NCBI GenBank assembly: GCA_040954595.2
Contig: CM082589.2
Location: 8,068,232-8,132,231, forward strand
Source of the DNA: Balanoglossus misakiensis
Taxonomy: Eukaryota > Animalia > Hemichordata
Length of the DNA: 64,000 nucleotides
Direction: 5' to 3'
The stretch's first letter is position 1. Every line of letters starts with the position of its first letter. Shown here piece by piece: positions 1 to 13,904 of this stretch. The translations under genes were made by a program, and so were the position numbers. The notes under the pieces are model-generated. The model was not told where the DNA came from. It ran no database searches and saw nothing but the letters and a program-made list of their open reading frames with translations.

Positions 1-2776
1 AGAACTACAGCATAGTCAATGATCAGAAGGCATTGGCTGTGTGCAAGGAAATTGATGCTCTCAGCCTTTGAAACATTCAAAGAGCGAGCATCAAGAAACA
101 GAGAGGGTGCAATCTGTAATCACATTCCATATTATTGTTTGAAATTAACCTCATACCCCAATGCAGGGCAAGAGGAAATGACAACTGTAGTGTACATGAA
201 AACATGACATTTAATTCTGATATCATTAAAGGGGAGGGGTCGTCGCGCCGCGGAGGTGTCCCCCTTGATGAGAATATGTCCTTCCAAACCCAACTGCAGT
301 CACCACGACCTCAGTACTAGGATCTTCAGTTGCTGTCATGCCCAGTCTATGCTACGGTTGGCTGCTTTGTTCATTCTAAGAATTATCATTTCAGGGATTT
401 GTGGATGACCTGGCATCAAATTGACAAACCTGCTATGAAGTTCACCAGAATAACCTGGCCCTGAAAATTCAACCCAAGTGACGTAGCGTTGACAAGTGGC
501 TAATTACAATGCAAGTCCAGTGTAGTAACTCGGAGCCCCGAGAAGACAAGATCCTGACTCACACCCGTGTCGAATAGCGACACTATATACGTTTGGGTTG
601 GCCTGATGTCTAAACGTGCAGAGGTATACGCATAAGCAGCCAGCTTTTACTTCTGCCAAGCACGGTCTCTGGCCCTGTGTGCCAACGTAGCCTCTAGATC
701 ACACTTGAGCATTGCTGAAAACTTTATTACAGTCTATCATAAAGGTAGTTGATTACTTCAGAAGAAAAGTAGTGGGGTTGACATAGAGGTATCGAAACTG
801 CCCACCTTAGCACGAAAATCTGTTAAAATAAATTCTCCCTGACTAAACAGTTACTACGTTGCTTGCCCTTAAATTTAATAACACATTTTAGATGAATTGG
901 TTGTATACAAGTACTGCATTGGCCCTGTCTCAGACGTGTTGATAAACTCTGAAATTTATTTATTACACAGTATAGGTATAGACATAGCAGCTGGTTTTCA
1001 AACAATGGCGATGTGTACTGTCCTGTTCATGTATCCATTTAGCGGTTACAAGTTCTTGCTATTGGTTGAAACATGCACCAAGTTTATTTCTGTCCCCTCT
1101 GTCAGCTTAGTATTATCACTAATGTCTTGTGTTTTCTTTTATTACTTTCCGGTTGGAATATTTTGAACACAGCGTTAGTTGAGTGCATTCCAAGCTACTC
1201 TTATGGAGACAAGAAGGCTCTATGCCGTGGTACAACTAAATTGCGAACAAAGAGAGAGGACTATAGGGATGTATTTGAGTGCGTCCATTCTCTGATTGAA
1301 AACAGATGACGTGTGAACGTTATCAAGAGACGTCTTGGCGTGTAGATTTTGCAGTTCATTTGCTTGTGCCACCTTTAATTTTGGCATCACTAAAACCTTA
1401 GTTGTTGTTGTTTTGTTGGGGGTAGGGGTGGGGTGGGTGGGGTATTAAAATTACCTATAGCTGCCAAATTTTACATATTTTTTCCACAATAAAAAAATGT
1501 CAAATATATTCCCTATCCTCTAAAATCCTCACCATTAAGACATATTACTTGCATTTGAATCAGTTTGTCATCTCTTGGCGACGCATACCACGATAGCTGC
1601 GTACTATTTGTATGGAGGCTGATTAAATGGGTGCGGCACCGTTTTAATACATAGCGTGCTCAAATTGCAAAATGCAGTCACAATCTGGCATCAATAAGAT
1701 GTCCATGTATACCTACATGTATCAGTAAGCTTATTTAGATGGACCAATTTAAGTTGGAAAATAAAATCATGAAAATAACGTACACAATGGCAGCTCTAGA
1801 GGCTTTAATGTTTATCACTAAAACTTGCGGCTGGCGGGACAACGACTGATGTTGAATTTCGAGGGGTTACTGATCAGAGCTGGCACATCCATGTTTATAT
1901 ATGTGCATCTGTGTTAGGCCCTAATTTTTATTATTTTTGGGGAGACATACACAGCAAATCAACCATCTATTATACATTGTATAAGTGACATCTTGCATGT
2001 TTAGATATTATTCAAGATATATGTGAAATCATTACAATACCTTGAGGTTTTAGATACAATCCCACCCAACTATATACAGGTGATACAATTTACTACTTTT
2101 GCTCAAAACTGTCCGTTAGATCGATCTAGGTCACGCCTACTTAATAGTTAAGCTGCAACGTATGACTGATTTACATAAAAAGGTGAATGAATCTGTTCTG
2201 TTTTGTTTCGAAAGAAACCCACGAAATAAGGTTATGATTTATAGAGAATTACCGTTAGAATATAGACATTATCGTCTATATTGTTAGATGCCATAAGTGA
2301 CTTCTACAGAAATGTATCAATACAGTTTTGTTGCTAGTGATATGTTTACACGGACTCTTACAGATATCCACACGTGTTTTGAACACATGACCTAAATGAT
2401 ATACATTGTTTCTATGATCTAACTGTGAAATATATAGTATAGCATCGTCTCCTGTTTTAAATCTGTACATGACGATTTTGAAAATATACATTCACCATTA
2501 CAGTATTTAATGTAAGTCAAATAGGTATATATTTGTTCGAACCTGACAAAATTGAACGATATGAATTTGGTGGGAATTAAGCTGACTGTAATTATTATTT
2601 GACGAAGGAGGCATCATTGTGTTGTAAAGTGTAAAGTATGCACTGAATTGTGATTGGCGTGATAATCTTGTGAACGAACGATCGGCAACAAACCCACTGC
2701 ACTATATATTGATGGTGGATTGGCAGTTGCAACTCCGTACATTCTATTATACAGCTCTAGTTCGTGTATTGAGCAC

Positions 2777-3063
2777 TAGGCCAAATAAAAAAAATATTTT
2801 CTTTTCCGATTACATGGTTTTCAAAAATAGGGTAGATAGGTAGGGAAATCATTTTAATTTGCATTTTTTTCATCTTTGGCCGCCGTAGTGTAGAAGAATG
2901 ACGTCATAGTTCTTGCGTGACTTTCGAAATTTTCATAAATTTTGTATATTTGACATCGTTATTTTTACTTCCAGTTTACGAAGCTCTAAAAGGTTTAGGG
3001 TCGGCGGACTAAAATTAGGGTAGGTCGGATAATCGGAACAGCACACATTTTTATTTGGCCCTA
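2777..3063. mobile_element. ~285 bp MITE-like element with terminal inverted repeats, about 80 bp downstream of the GPCR stop codon
   Basis: Left end taGGCCAAATAAAAA...TTCCGATTA (2777-2812) is inverted to right end TAATCGGAA...TTTTTATTTGGCCcta (3030-3063). Both ends are TA-flanked and there is no ORF. Confidence 0.65.
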
Positions 3064-3143
3064 TAGCATTTGGATGAAGACCCCATTCTACCCTCTACTT
3101 ATATATATGTTTGTATACATATTTTGGGTAAATAATGAGTCAT

Positions 3144-4349
3144 TTATGATGGAGCAGCTAAATCATGGTTTTGCACTTTATAAGTTGTTTCCACAGTGTC
3201 CGATTCTTTTCGCGTCGTGGCTGACATCACCGTCAGATTCGACATGCTGTATTCCTGTCTTGAAGGCGCTCGCTTGAAACACAGTAACGTCTTCAGAAAT
3301 GCACGGCGGTACTGTTTGTTCAGGATTCCATAGATGAAAGGATTGACGGAGGAATTGACCAATGGCAACCAGCGCACTAATTCAATCCAGCTGCTGGGCA
3401 TGACGATGACCGGTCGACCGGTACCGGCAATGGCAATCGAGTTCAGAAAGTTGAACAGCATATCCAGATGGTACGGAAATAGACAGACGAAGAATACGCC
3501 TGCGGTCACGGCCAACATGATGACAATTTGCCGTTGCTGGTGCAGTCTCTGCTTGGAGTCGTGCGCACTTGATATGTATCGCTTGGCCCCTCTACGTAGT
3601 TCTTTCACGGTTAAAGCGTTAAATACGATGATAGCGATTAGTACAGTGACAAAAGCAATAATTGGCGGAAACGTGAACAAGGCGCCTTCGACTGTGTTGT
3701 GAATACCCCTCCAGCAGTTGGAGTATGACGTCGGCAGGTGACGTGTGTCGTTCACTGTTCCTTGCCACAGCAGACATATTGTCTTCCAGTCAGTGTAAAA
3801 ATAAAGCATCGGAGTTGAAAATATGAGTCCGACGAACCAAGTCAGGATGATTAGTTTAACTGTCCTCGACTTTGAACTGATTCTGTCAGCTGTGAACGGT
3901 TTGCAAATGGCCATATACCGTTCAAAGGTGACGAGTGTGATGTTGAACTCCGACACAAAGAGACAGATATCGAGAGTGATGTTGACAAGAAGGCATCCTG
4001 AAGCTCCCAGATACGCTTTATCGTGGATGACGTCAGATGTAATTGGTTCGCCAACAACCTGTAGCCAGTAAATAACTAGAAATAGACAGTCTACTACTGC
4101 CTGATTCGACAGATACATATTGGTCAGCGTGCGCATTGATCGCACTCTGAACACGACAAAGAGAAACAGACAGTTCAGTAGAATTCCAAACGGACAGGTC
4201 AGGGTGGCGGGAATTACACGGGTGAGCATAACGTTCTTCGAGTCGATGAGAGATTCCTGGCTGCCATAATCTGCGAGTGCCGTGGTATTCCTGGCTCTGA
4301 AATTGGCCACGCATTCGTTGTCATCAATGTTGTAGCCGCTGGTGTTCAT
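3144..4349 (-). CDS. Class A (rhodopsin-like) GPCR of peptide-receptor type (TRH/ghrelin/neuromedin-U receptor-like), 401 aa, single coding exon
   Basis: Seven hydrophobic segments with class A motifs: TM1 GILLN, ICL1/TM2 MRTLTNMYLSNQAVVD, TM3 TFERYMAICKPF, TM4 W, TM6 FFVCLFPY, TM7 NSSVNPFIY and helix 8 YRRAF. N-terminal sequons are NTS and NTT. The first ATG is at 4349. A pyrimidine-rich splice acceptor (ttttatctttaacag) lies at 4398, so the 5' UTR is spliced. Confidence 0.93.
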   Translation of the reverse strand: MNTSGYNIDDNECVANFRARNTTALADYGSQESLIDSKNVMLTRVIPATLTCPFGILLNCLFLFVVFRVRSMRTLTNMYLSNQAVVDCLFLVIYWLQVVGEPITSDVIHDKAYLGASGCLLVNITLDICLFVSEFNITLVTFERYMAICKPFTADRISSKSRTVKLIILTWFVGLIFSTPMLYFYTDWKTICLLWQGTVNDTRHLPTSYSNCWRGIHNTVEGALFTFPPIIAFVTVLIAIIVFNALTVKELRRGAKRYISSAHDSKQRLHQQRQIVIMLAVTAGVFFVCLFPYHLDMLFNFLNSIAIAGTGRPVIVMPSSWIELVRWLPLVNSSVNPFIYGILNKQYRRAFLKTLLCFKRAPSRQEYSMSNLTVMSATTRKESDTVETTYKVQNHDLAAPS

Positions 4350-5730
4350 GATGGCTCGTTCGGTGTAGATTAAAAATAGGCGGTATTGTACACACACCTG
4401 TTAAAGATAAAAAGAACAATTGTCAATAGTTCGCTGAATATAAGCAGCCACGCTTTGAATAGCTTGCTCTCTACAGGCCGCGAGCGCAAAATCCCCTCTC
4501 CATCTGTTCTGACGAATCGCTATTAAAATAGTTTTAATATCTAAAGCCGAATGCAGACCATTGAAAATGATTACGGTACTATACTACATATTAACAATTG
4601 TCCAATAGAAGTGATGGGGGTAACGGCTAGTCAGGTCGCTGCTTAATGTAATATGAATTTAATTATAATCTGTACTATTTCTGTATGACATCGTAAATCA
4701 TCTGGGAGGTCAATTTTATGCGCACCGATACATTTTGAAATTGGGGGAAAAAATCCCCTGTATACGTGTATCACATTTACCAATTACGCGCCAGGTCTGT
4801 TGTGGGGATTATTTGAACTATGGCAACGGGGTCAGGGGCGGGTCAATTTGAATATGGAAAATAATCCAGAACGGACCTGACCCTGGCCTGGATATGATAC
4901 CAATGGGGCCACGATGTGAGACACATTGTGTTCTGTGCAAACAGTTCTTGTATTGCGTAGTTTTGGTAGAAAGGAGTTGACTATGCTGTCGGGGAATGAC
5001 GAAGTTGCCAACTCGCGCGTTAAAACATTGTACACAATCTATATACATGTTCACAATTACATGCACAGACTAAGCCTACCGATGCTGTGCCCTATCAATA
5101 GGATTCACAGTCACCTGTATGCCAGTCGCCGAAGCATTTGTGCATGGTGTGACATACAAAAAAGAGACTACGTCATAAGGGACGGGCGGTATACTTAATC
5201 ACAGCCGACTATGACACGATTGCGAACACGTGTTACACATGCAGTTTCCGCAGTGTAGGTTGGAACTACGAAAGTTGAATTAATAACTCGAATTAAGCTC
5301 CTCGTTTAAAATTTGTTATCACGCTATGAACCATTTCACACCGCATGACTATATTCAAAATATACATGTAGAATATGTAGTGCATGAAAGCCGGTGAGAC
5401 CAAAAACTGGATGCATCAAAATTGACAATGTTTCGATCGTATAGCGCAACTATATACACACGGAAATCCAAATGTTTTAAACTAACATTTAGGGCCTACT
5501 GTAGAGTTTTGGTGTCAATCCCACCATTATCTCCTCCAAGTTGTCAACTATTGAACCGTTGAAAACCTCGGTAGTTGAATTTATTTAGGGTGTAGATTTT
5601 TCGAAAATAGGGTCGTGAAGCCTCCTTGACAACGTCCGTATACAAATTTGACAAATTCAAATCCAAATCCACGGTAATCAGTATGTGCGTCACAAGTGAT
5701 TATCGGACAATTTGTGTTCGTTCATATTAA

Positions 5731-6073
5731 AGGGACAAAGTCTGTCGCTGCCCCTTTTCCAATAATTATGTTTGATACAAGACACCGTTCATACGTTATT
5801 CTACATTAATTTTGGATATATAGTGATCAACATTCAACAACACACAACTTCCATCCCGTTTGTAGGATATGAGAGTAAAAACTCGCCCAAATTGAATAAA
5901 TGGTAGAGACCGACTATTCATTTTGGCGAGTTTTTTTCACTCGTGTCTAAAAGCGGGATGGAAGTTGTGTGTGGTTGAATGAACGTTCATTCACTGCATA
6001 TACAAATGAACTTAAAATAAACGGTGTCTGGCATAACTAATGGGAAAAGGGCAGAGAGAGAGACATTGTCCCT
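5731..6073. mobile_element. MITE family A copy 1 (TTAA-flanked foldback, Kolobok/T2-like)
   Basis: TTAA|AGGGACAAAGTC...GACATTGTCCCT|TTAA. Almost the whole element is self-complementary and it matches five other copies in the window. Confidence 0.85.
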
Positions 6074-9000
6074 TTAAAACATTCAGGATGTACATGTACT
6101 AGCCAGTTGAGCTTTGGTGGAAAGATTGTTGGATTTTGCTACACGCCGTATTGTACAGAATTGGCCACATTTGGCGGGGGCAACGAAGTAGGGATTTGAG
6201 CCTTTGAGATTAATTTATCTCAACTGTCGCCCGTGATTATGTCCAGGCCCTAGTGAGATTTTGCAATGCCCTGACCGCACATTTCTCAGTATTAAAATGA
6301 AAGAAACGCTTACTTCTTGCTAGGTTGATTGATTGTTGTACATGTGATCAGAATGATAGATGTCATTTTAGGTCTTCCGAGCACCAGAATCTCTTAAAAA
6401 TAGCCCGACCACAACTAATCTGCTATGACCCTACATGAACACTTCAATTCGACCGATGACCTCTGACATCAACGATCAGCCTTGCAGCAGTAATGCATGA
6501 CGGAATGCTATACCTTTGTGTCAGATCGTCAATATTTTATCGTGTAGGCCGTTGAATGCGTAGTCGGTAAGATTTTTTCAATTTCGACGTATGTACTGTG
6601 AGTCGTTACGACGGACGGTTTGACAAATAAACTGACAGCAAACCCCAGTCATTTAGAAAGAAGATAGACAAACTGGTCAGAAAACACATCAATATATTGG
6701 TTGGGACACGAAGATAGCAATTCCAGATCGTTTTTAGCATTCCAACGCATGACGAAACGCGTGGACGTTATAAAGAGAGAAGAGTGGACCATTTGATATT
6801 ATGAAGTAGTCTGGAAGGCTGGGAATAGGGAATATTTTTAAAGACCAACATTTTCACTGCCCGATTTTTCGGCGTGATTTTTCGAACGTCTAAAACTGAT
6901 TGCACCATTTCCCATTTGAATGTCAACATTTAAGTTAGTGTTAGTGAGGTCAATGTTCACAACAATTTCAAAGCGAGATAGGCCTATCTTTTGCGTTTTA
7001 TTCTGCTCCAAAGAATCTAAACTTTGCTGAAGACTTGCATATAGGGGGAGGGTAGGGGTCTGGATGGGCTGGCCATTCCACACTATTGCAAAAAAAACTT
7101 CAATTATAGTTTTAGAGCCTCGAGTTTGGACAATATACAGACATTTTGGGGGGGGGGAGGTATTCTTGGGTTTACATGTTTTGATAGGAATTTTCGTAGT
7201 TAGCAGTAAAAATGTGGATATTTTACCACGCGATGACTCTGCCAGTAACACAATCGACAAAATGCCCCGAATGTGACAGGCGTAGGGACAGGACTTACAA
7301 GGAATGACTGAAATTAGTCACATATGTTCCTTGTATTGACAACCAATCCCAGGTTTATCTAAAATGTAAATAATTGTATCAAATCTCCCTGTACATTATT
7401 TGTTCGTCACGAGTTGGCTCTTGCGTAACATTTCTAACATGTTAAGTTATATTCATAGGCGATATACACGATTTTTCTGTCCTTCTCCACGCGATTATTT
7501 TTGGATAAAAAAAGTCATGTCAGATTAAAGGATCATTTGCCTGCACGGTACAATCATATTGTACAAAATAGGCATATGCTGTTGTTTCTATTCCCCACCA
7601 TTTGGATCCCGGGGGCTACTCCCATAGCAAGGTGTGCGAGTATGAACGGCCCGGACGGGCGACTGAAGCTTCTTCTGTCACGAGAAAATCACTTAACATG
7701 GGTCGAGTTTTCATCCGAAAGAAACCTAAACATGGGTTGGTAACATAGAAAATGCCCCGAGGGTTTTGACAAACCATCGCATAGAACAGAACTACGGTAT
7801 AGTCCAAATTTTGACAATGAATCCCTAACAATGGGTCTATATAGAGTATACACGGTGGGTATCATGCATGCTAACAGCAAGTACATGCATGTATCGGTAT
7901 AACAGCTAATACAACGACCCTCAAAGTTTACACGGCCGTGTTGACATACCACTAGCGTATTTTGAGGTACCCCAACCGTGTAAAGAACGCGTGTCAACAA
8001 ACGACAAAAACAGTACACAAAGGACTAACTGAACCATAGCGCACTCAGGTAAAAAAAAAACCCAGCCAATCGATGTTATGTCATCACACACAACAACATG
8101 GAATTAAACAAAATCCATCTCGAAACAACTAACACATGTGCAAAGCTAATTTGCCAACCTGGGACAGGGGACACAGAAATTGCACAGAACGTCCGTGCAT
8201 TCACTTTCACTGAGATCAATAAAATCACGACACGGCACACCAGTTTTAGAACTAAAACAGTGTGTAAAGCACGCCGAGTAAACTGTACAGAGTGTCACAC
8301 ATCAATTCTATATACTCGCGACGCACTGGTTATGTTTGGAAAAATCGCACGGTATTTTTGATTGAAATAAAATAAGACCGAATTACAGTACGATAAAAGA
8401 TGCGTATTAAATTGCGTCTAAGGTCATAAATGCATAAAAACAAACCTGTCACACTTCAACGCTTGTTGTGATGAATATGTTGCTGCTGTGTTTGTACAGG
8501 CGACGTTTTCTCTTCGGAAGTTGTCCGTGACCTTTGATCTTGTTTATCAATAAGGCTACTTGTTTGAATGACAGACGCAGCTCTCTCTAACGCGACATAC
8601 ATGAATTCGGCGGCTCATAAGAGAATGTCTGTGCGTTTACCTCAGACTGGGATAATCTGCGCGTTTACTCGCTCCAACGAAGTAGATATCCTGCTTTGTC
8701 GTTCTGAGTCTCCGCGAGGCTGTTTTCGTGGCACAGTCTGTGTAGGCGTATAATACATTTGCATTCGAAACAATTTGTCGACTCCCTATTTTATGATAAC
8801 AATGTGCCGAGCCAAGTGAAACATATGCGTAATTATAGGTTGACGTTCACAGGTATCACATGTACTTACAAATTCATAGTTCAGTGGATAATTTGCGTAT
8901 ATTCTCATCCGGGTAATTTGATTCGGTAGTTTGGTAATTCGCATTATTCACTAAAGTTATGCATGGGGTTTTAATGTATGTAATGCATTTATATGTATTG

Positions 9001-9819
9001 TGTTCCGCTGTTGTGAGCTGCGTGATGGGATTATGACACGGGATTGCATAAATGTATGAGCGTCGGCTGATTGCTATTTCGTGTAGTCAAATACCAGCAC
9101 CTTTACGTGACGAGGTATCCTATGACCCAATTTTATGAGGCAAGTGAAATTCTAGAAGTGTGTTTACTTCGTTGGTTGTTCCTGTGCATATTGGGACAAG
9201 TTTCATTAAATGGCTGGGCAGTAAAGGGCAACGTATCCGGCAGCAATCAACCATTGTAACACATCTAAGTAGCTTCGTTACCCGCGAAATATATCAGTGT
9301 TCAGCAATCTTGTGGGATAATTTGCTAGTAGGACATCCTAACATATGTGGTTTCCACAGTGGCCTTGGTTTGTCTGAATTTTTTCACAGTGACCGAGACG
9401 TGACGAATGTCCGCGATTGTTTCGTTTGGCTAGCCTTGCGACGCGGTGCAAGAAAAGCATAGATTTATGGTGAAACTAAAATGTAGCGTCCAGCAGTTTG
9501 ATGGTAAATCATAGTTTATTTACACTCTTGCCACCTGACAACCATTTAATGATACGTGTAAGGGCATCGACAAGTTAATTACCATGCAAAGTCAAGTTGG
9601 CACGGTTTTTGACATTTTTGCCAGAAAAAACATATAGTAGTAATTTATTTCGTGAATTTCATATACGTTTATATGACCTGCGACACTGGTATTATCACAG
9701 AGGTCTAAAACTTGCACCATCAAATTGCATTTTACAAAGTTCACGTTGTAGCACTGCTTTGATGCGAAACGTAAACCCAAAAGAACAAAGAATAGTCATC
9801 CATCAAGTTCAACTCAAAC

Positions 9820-10108
9820 CAGGCACCAACCCACCATCCGACCGCCCGCCCGCCCATCCATCCATCCATCCATCAACCAAATACCCAACCACACAGTCAC
9901 CCACCCACCGACCCACCCACAAATTCAACCAGCAATCCACTCATCCTACTATTCATTCATTCATTCATTCATTCATTCATTCATTCATTCATTCATTCAT
10001 TCATTCATTCATTCATTCATTCATTCATTCATTCATTCATTCATTCATTCATTCATTCATCCATCCATCCATCCATCCATCCATCCATCCATCCATCCAT
10101 CCATCCAT
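9820..10108. repeat. Compound tetranucleotide microsatellite (CCAC/CCAT-like, then (CATT)n, then (CATC)n)
   Basis: A pure (ATTC)n run at ~9951-10060 grades into (ATCC)n up to ~10108. Confidence 0.95.
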
Positions 10109-10703
10109 CATATTTAGTCTCCATTCCATGTAAATGATATGGAAACCTTAGAAGATCACGACTTTAGGATGTTAATGGAAATTAATTTACAAGGAGCTAA
10201 ATATATAAAAGAAGTAATTGAAATGTATTGTATAGGATGGGATGGATTTGGGTTATATTGGATTATCCTCCAGTGAAGGCGTCGATGCCACACCTCATGT
10301 CTTTGTAATTCCGAGTGGAACTGACCTTGTAGCAGCAGTTTTGTACGTAAATGTTTCCCTGAGGGGAAAAACATATTAGCTATACACCATTGTTATTAAA
10401 GTTTCCCCTTCCTCTCAACACCATTATCATTGTGATAATGTTAATAGTCAACGACATCAACACTATGACGTCACCACGATCCATATATTCAAAGTGGCAG
10501 CGATTCATCAGTGTGTTGCCATATCATTCGGGAGATATTATTACTAATTTCAATTTGTATCTTAGATCGTCAAGAAACCCGACAACTGCATCGTGCAATT
10601 TGTGTACACGACGACGATTGTTTTTCATTAAGTCAATGAAACGTTATACGCTCTCTTCGTTTCAATCTTTACCATCGCGCAATTGAAAAGCGGACAAGTT
10701 GAT

Positions 10704-11464
10704 ATTACCCAGAGGGTAATGCAATAGTTTTGTCAATCTGTAAAAGGCACAGATCAAATTATGAATTGATAATGTATTATTTAGACAGCTGATTGAAAAG
10801 AGTGACCTCTAGTCTCCGTGTTCGTTGTCCGGATGACTTAAAAATTGGGATCCGTATTCTTTTCACTGACATTTACCAGGCATGTCCGGTCTGATTTCGT
10901 GTACTGTATCATACATATGCGTGTCAATTTACTTCTTAATATGATCAATGGTAGCCGCCAGGTAGCAATTTTGTTATGAATTTTCTTTCATTTCCGGATA
11001 CAATGCACGGAGATCAGTTAGGAAATATGACTGAATATATGGTCTTAATATTTAATGTGCTTCAAGATTTGATGAAACTTGCAAAAGTTGTTGTTCAGAG
11101 AAAAGACAGTCTAACAATGCCTTGTCAATTACCTGATTTTGGCACAGGTTTTAGACCGTTGGAATTGGACATATATTGAAATATCGGAATACTTCATAGC
11201 GTTTAGCAATACGTCGGTTCTAAACGGAGGGAGGTGAACAATAACTTGGGTTATGCACAAAATGCGGGATCACTGAGTGACGATTTCAAACACGAATTTT
11301 CAGTTCACATCTCAGACTGGTAAAGCGTTTTTGTCATTGTTTTGTGAACAACGGGCCTCTGCTGTAAATCTCGCAACACGATAACGTTATCATAGTTACC
11401 CGGACTCGGTATTAGTACTAAAGATGATCGAAATCTGATTAGCATTTATTGAGATATCGTACTA

Positions 11465-11525
<61 letters not shown>

Positions 11526-11565
11526 AGAGACGATCGCATTACCTCGCTATCATTATGCGGGGTAA
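10704..11565. mobile_element. Putative Helentron-associated (HINE/DINE-1-like) non-autonomous element
   Basis: 5' mini-hairpin ATTACCC-aga-GGGTAAT. Subterminal inverted pair GGTAATGCAAT (10715) / ATCGCATTACC (11533). A (GACA)n tract is followed by a 3' hairpin TTACCTCGC...GCGGGGTAA. Confidence 0.4.
11465..11525. repeat. (GACA)n microsatellite
   Basis: Direct reading. Confidence 0.95.
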
Positions 11566-13558
11566 AACGACGAATTCAAATAAAAAGATACCCTGCTTTG
11601 GAGCACTCCCAAAATTGAACATATCGGAGAATAGCGCTGTGTGTTGTTGTGTGCCTTGTATCGCCGGGGTAGACACAGAGCAGCCGAAGAAGAGCCGTAG
11701 AGGCACCAAACACGAACCGCGAGCAACACGAGCGGCTTAAAGGATAACGACAAATCTGAATGTGGCAAAAGTGTATATTACAAGTCCCTTTACGAAAAAG
11801 ATTAACACAAAGTACAGTCACTTCACAAACAGTAGGGACCGTCCACAAATAAGCCAATGGTTTGCCAATACAGCACCAACTTGCTGTCCGGTCGTTTTTT
11901 TCTGGAGAAAAGAACGGAATTTGCTTCCAGATCTTGAAATAATTGCGGATGACAGTCTTGGTGTCTCTAGTGAAGGGCTTCAACTGCCTATAATTTCGTG
12001 AATCACTCCGAAATGGACCCCAAATAAAACATGTTGTGCGTCGTAAAGTATACATTTTTTCCTACGATAAATTAACAAAAATCAATCATTTTCGTTTACG
12101 CCAGATTCTCATCAAATAATAACTTGATTTTATCTTGCAAGACGGAACTAATTCATTAATGTCAGTCTTTGTAGAAGTCATGTGAACGAATGTCAACAGA
12201 AAACACTCGGCATTTTCATCACACACGACTTCAGAAATCGCTTATACATATTTAATGTGTGGCATTAATTCCGGGCTTATTTCGAAGAGAAAAGGGAAAC
12301 CATTTATCATCTCACTATAATGGGAAAACGAGGAGTTGTATGGTGACTGTACAACACCGACAGTGATTTCAGCCAAAAATAAAGGGTTTGACGCGACACT
12401 GGCGGTGATAGCCGGAAAACCTCCGGGTTAAACAGGATGGAGGGATTGTGTTTCGATCGACTCTGAATCCTGTTGATTTGTTGATGTGGCCCGGGGAATT
12501 CTCTTTCTGTTAAGCGGACTTCAGCTTATTAATTTAAGAAAGAATCCACGTCATCCTGTGCATGTAGATCATATTTCCCTTATCAGATGAATGTCTATGA
12601 TGTATTACTTATACGTCCCCCGCTGATAGTTTGAAAACTGATAGCTGAGATATGTTGTAGGCAACGACTTAACTATTAAATAATCTATGCTTCAGATATA
12701 AAGAAAGATCATTATAGATAATGCAATTCTTTCAATTGTGTATCCAAAGGGTATTTTCAAACAAACTGGCTGCTTCATCTTATATGTCATAACTATATAA
12801 TTAGGAAATGTACAATATATGAAATTTGTGAAATTTACAGCAAGTGTTAGACTCATTTCTACCCTTCCCGCCCGATTCCAGACATTTCTTGTTACATTAT
12901 GTATCGCCTTGATTGGCGTTATAGTCTCCCTGATAACGGCATCACGAGCTATACATGGTCATTAGACAACAATGACAAAGACAGATCGAACTGACTGTCT
13001 GAGCAACTTTCGCCATTGTACACGGCAGATTTTTCGTTCACAAGACCAACATGGTTCATCTTCTATGTAAAAGTCGTGCTAATAGGTTGTTATATGCATC
13101 AATTATGCGTCGTATAAGACGGTTTCTGATTGGTCGTTAATTCTGTCTAAAGACTCGAGAGCGAATTTGAAAGCAAGTATAGTAATTAAGAAATCTATTT
13201 ACATGTAGGTACTTTTCATAACAGAAAAGCATAGATTTCTCAAGAAGAAATATAAGGATTGACAGATTCATAGATGGTGTGTAAAATTATACAGATTGAC
13301 CTATGTTTTTTCGTAAGTAGATGTGATGACGAAATAAAGACGTTTAGCCATTAAAACATAAATGTCTCTACTTTCAATTCATATAGAATATGCCTTAAAG
13401 GAGGATGGCTGATTGGTCGTTTATCGTTTCTGAAGAGCGAATTTGAACGCGATTTTCTATGGTGTGTTGGTCAGATGTAGAGCTGAGACAGCTAAAGAAT
13501 AAGAAGAGCGTAAACCCGGCAAGGGGAAATACATAGCCTACCTGTACGCCGATTTTAA

Positions 13559-13904
13559 AGGGACACAATCTCTCTCTCGCTGCCCTTTTACCATTAATTA
13601 TGTTCGATACAAGACAACGTTTATGTTAATGTACATGTGGATATATAGTGAATGAACGTTCAACCACACACGACTTTCATCCCACTTGTAGACACGAGAG
13701 TGAAAAACTTGCCAAAATGAACAATCGGTGTTTACCGTTTATTCATTTTGGCGACATTTTGACTCTCATTACTCAACAGTATGGAAGTTGTGCGTGGTTG
13801 AACGTTGATTCACTATATATCCACACGTAGAATAACATCAACGGTGTCTTGTATCAAACATAATTAATGGAAAAGGGGCAGCGAGAGAGGGAGACTTTGT
13901 CCCT
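13559..13904. mobile_element. MITE family A copy 2
   Basis: TTAA|AGGGACACAATCTCTCTCTCGCTGCCC...GGGCAGCGAGAGAGGGAGACTTTGTCCCT|TCAA; a long palindrome. Confidence 0.87.

Noticed and set aside
3334-4071. Plus-strand ORFs of 122 and 82 aa
   Set aside because: They are antisense shadows of the GPCR coding sequence.
4350-4397. 16-aa N-terminal extension of the GPCR in the ORF track
   Set aside because: It starts at a GTG immediately after a splice acceptor. The first ATG is at 4349, so this is most simply 5' UTR.
9597-10133. 178-aa ORF with HSFI/HPSI repeats
   Set aside because: It is the translation of a stop-free tetranucleotide microsatellite.
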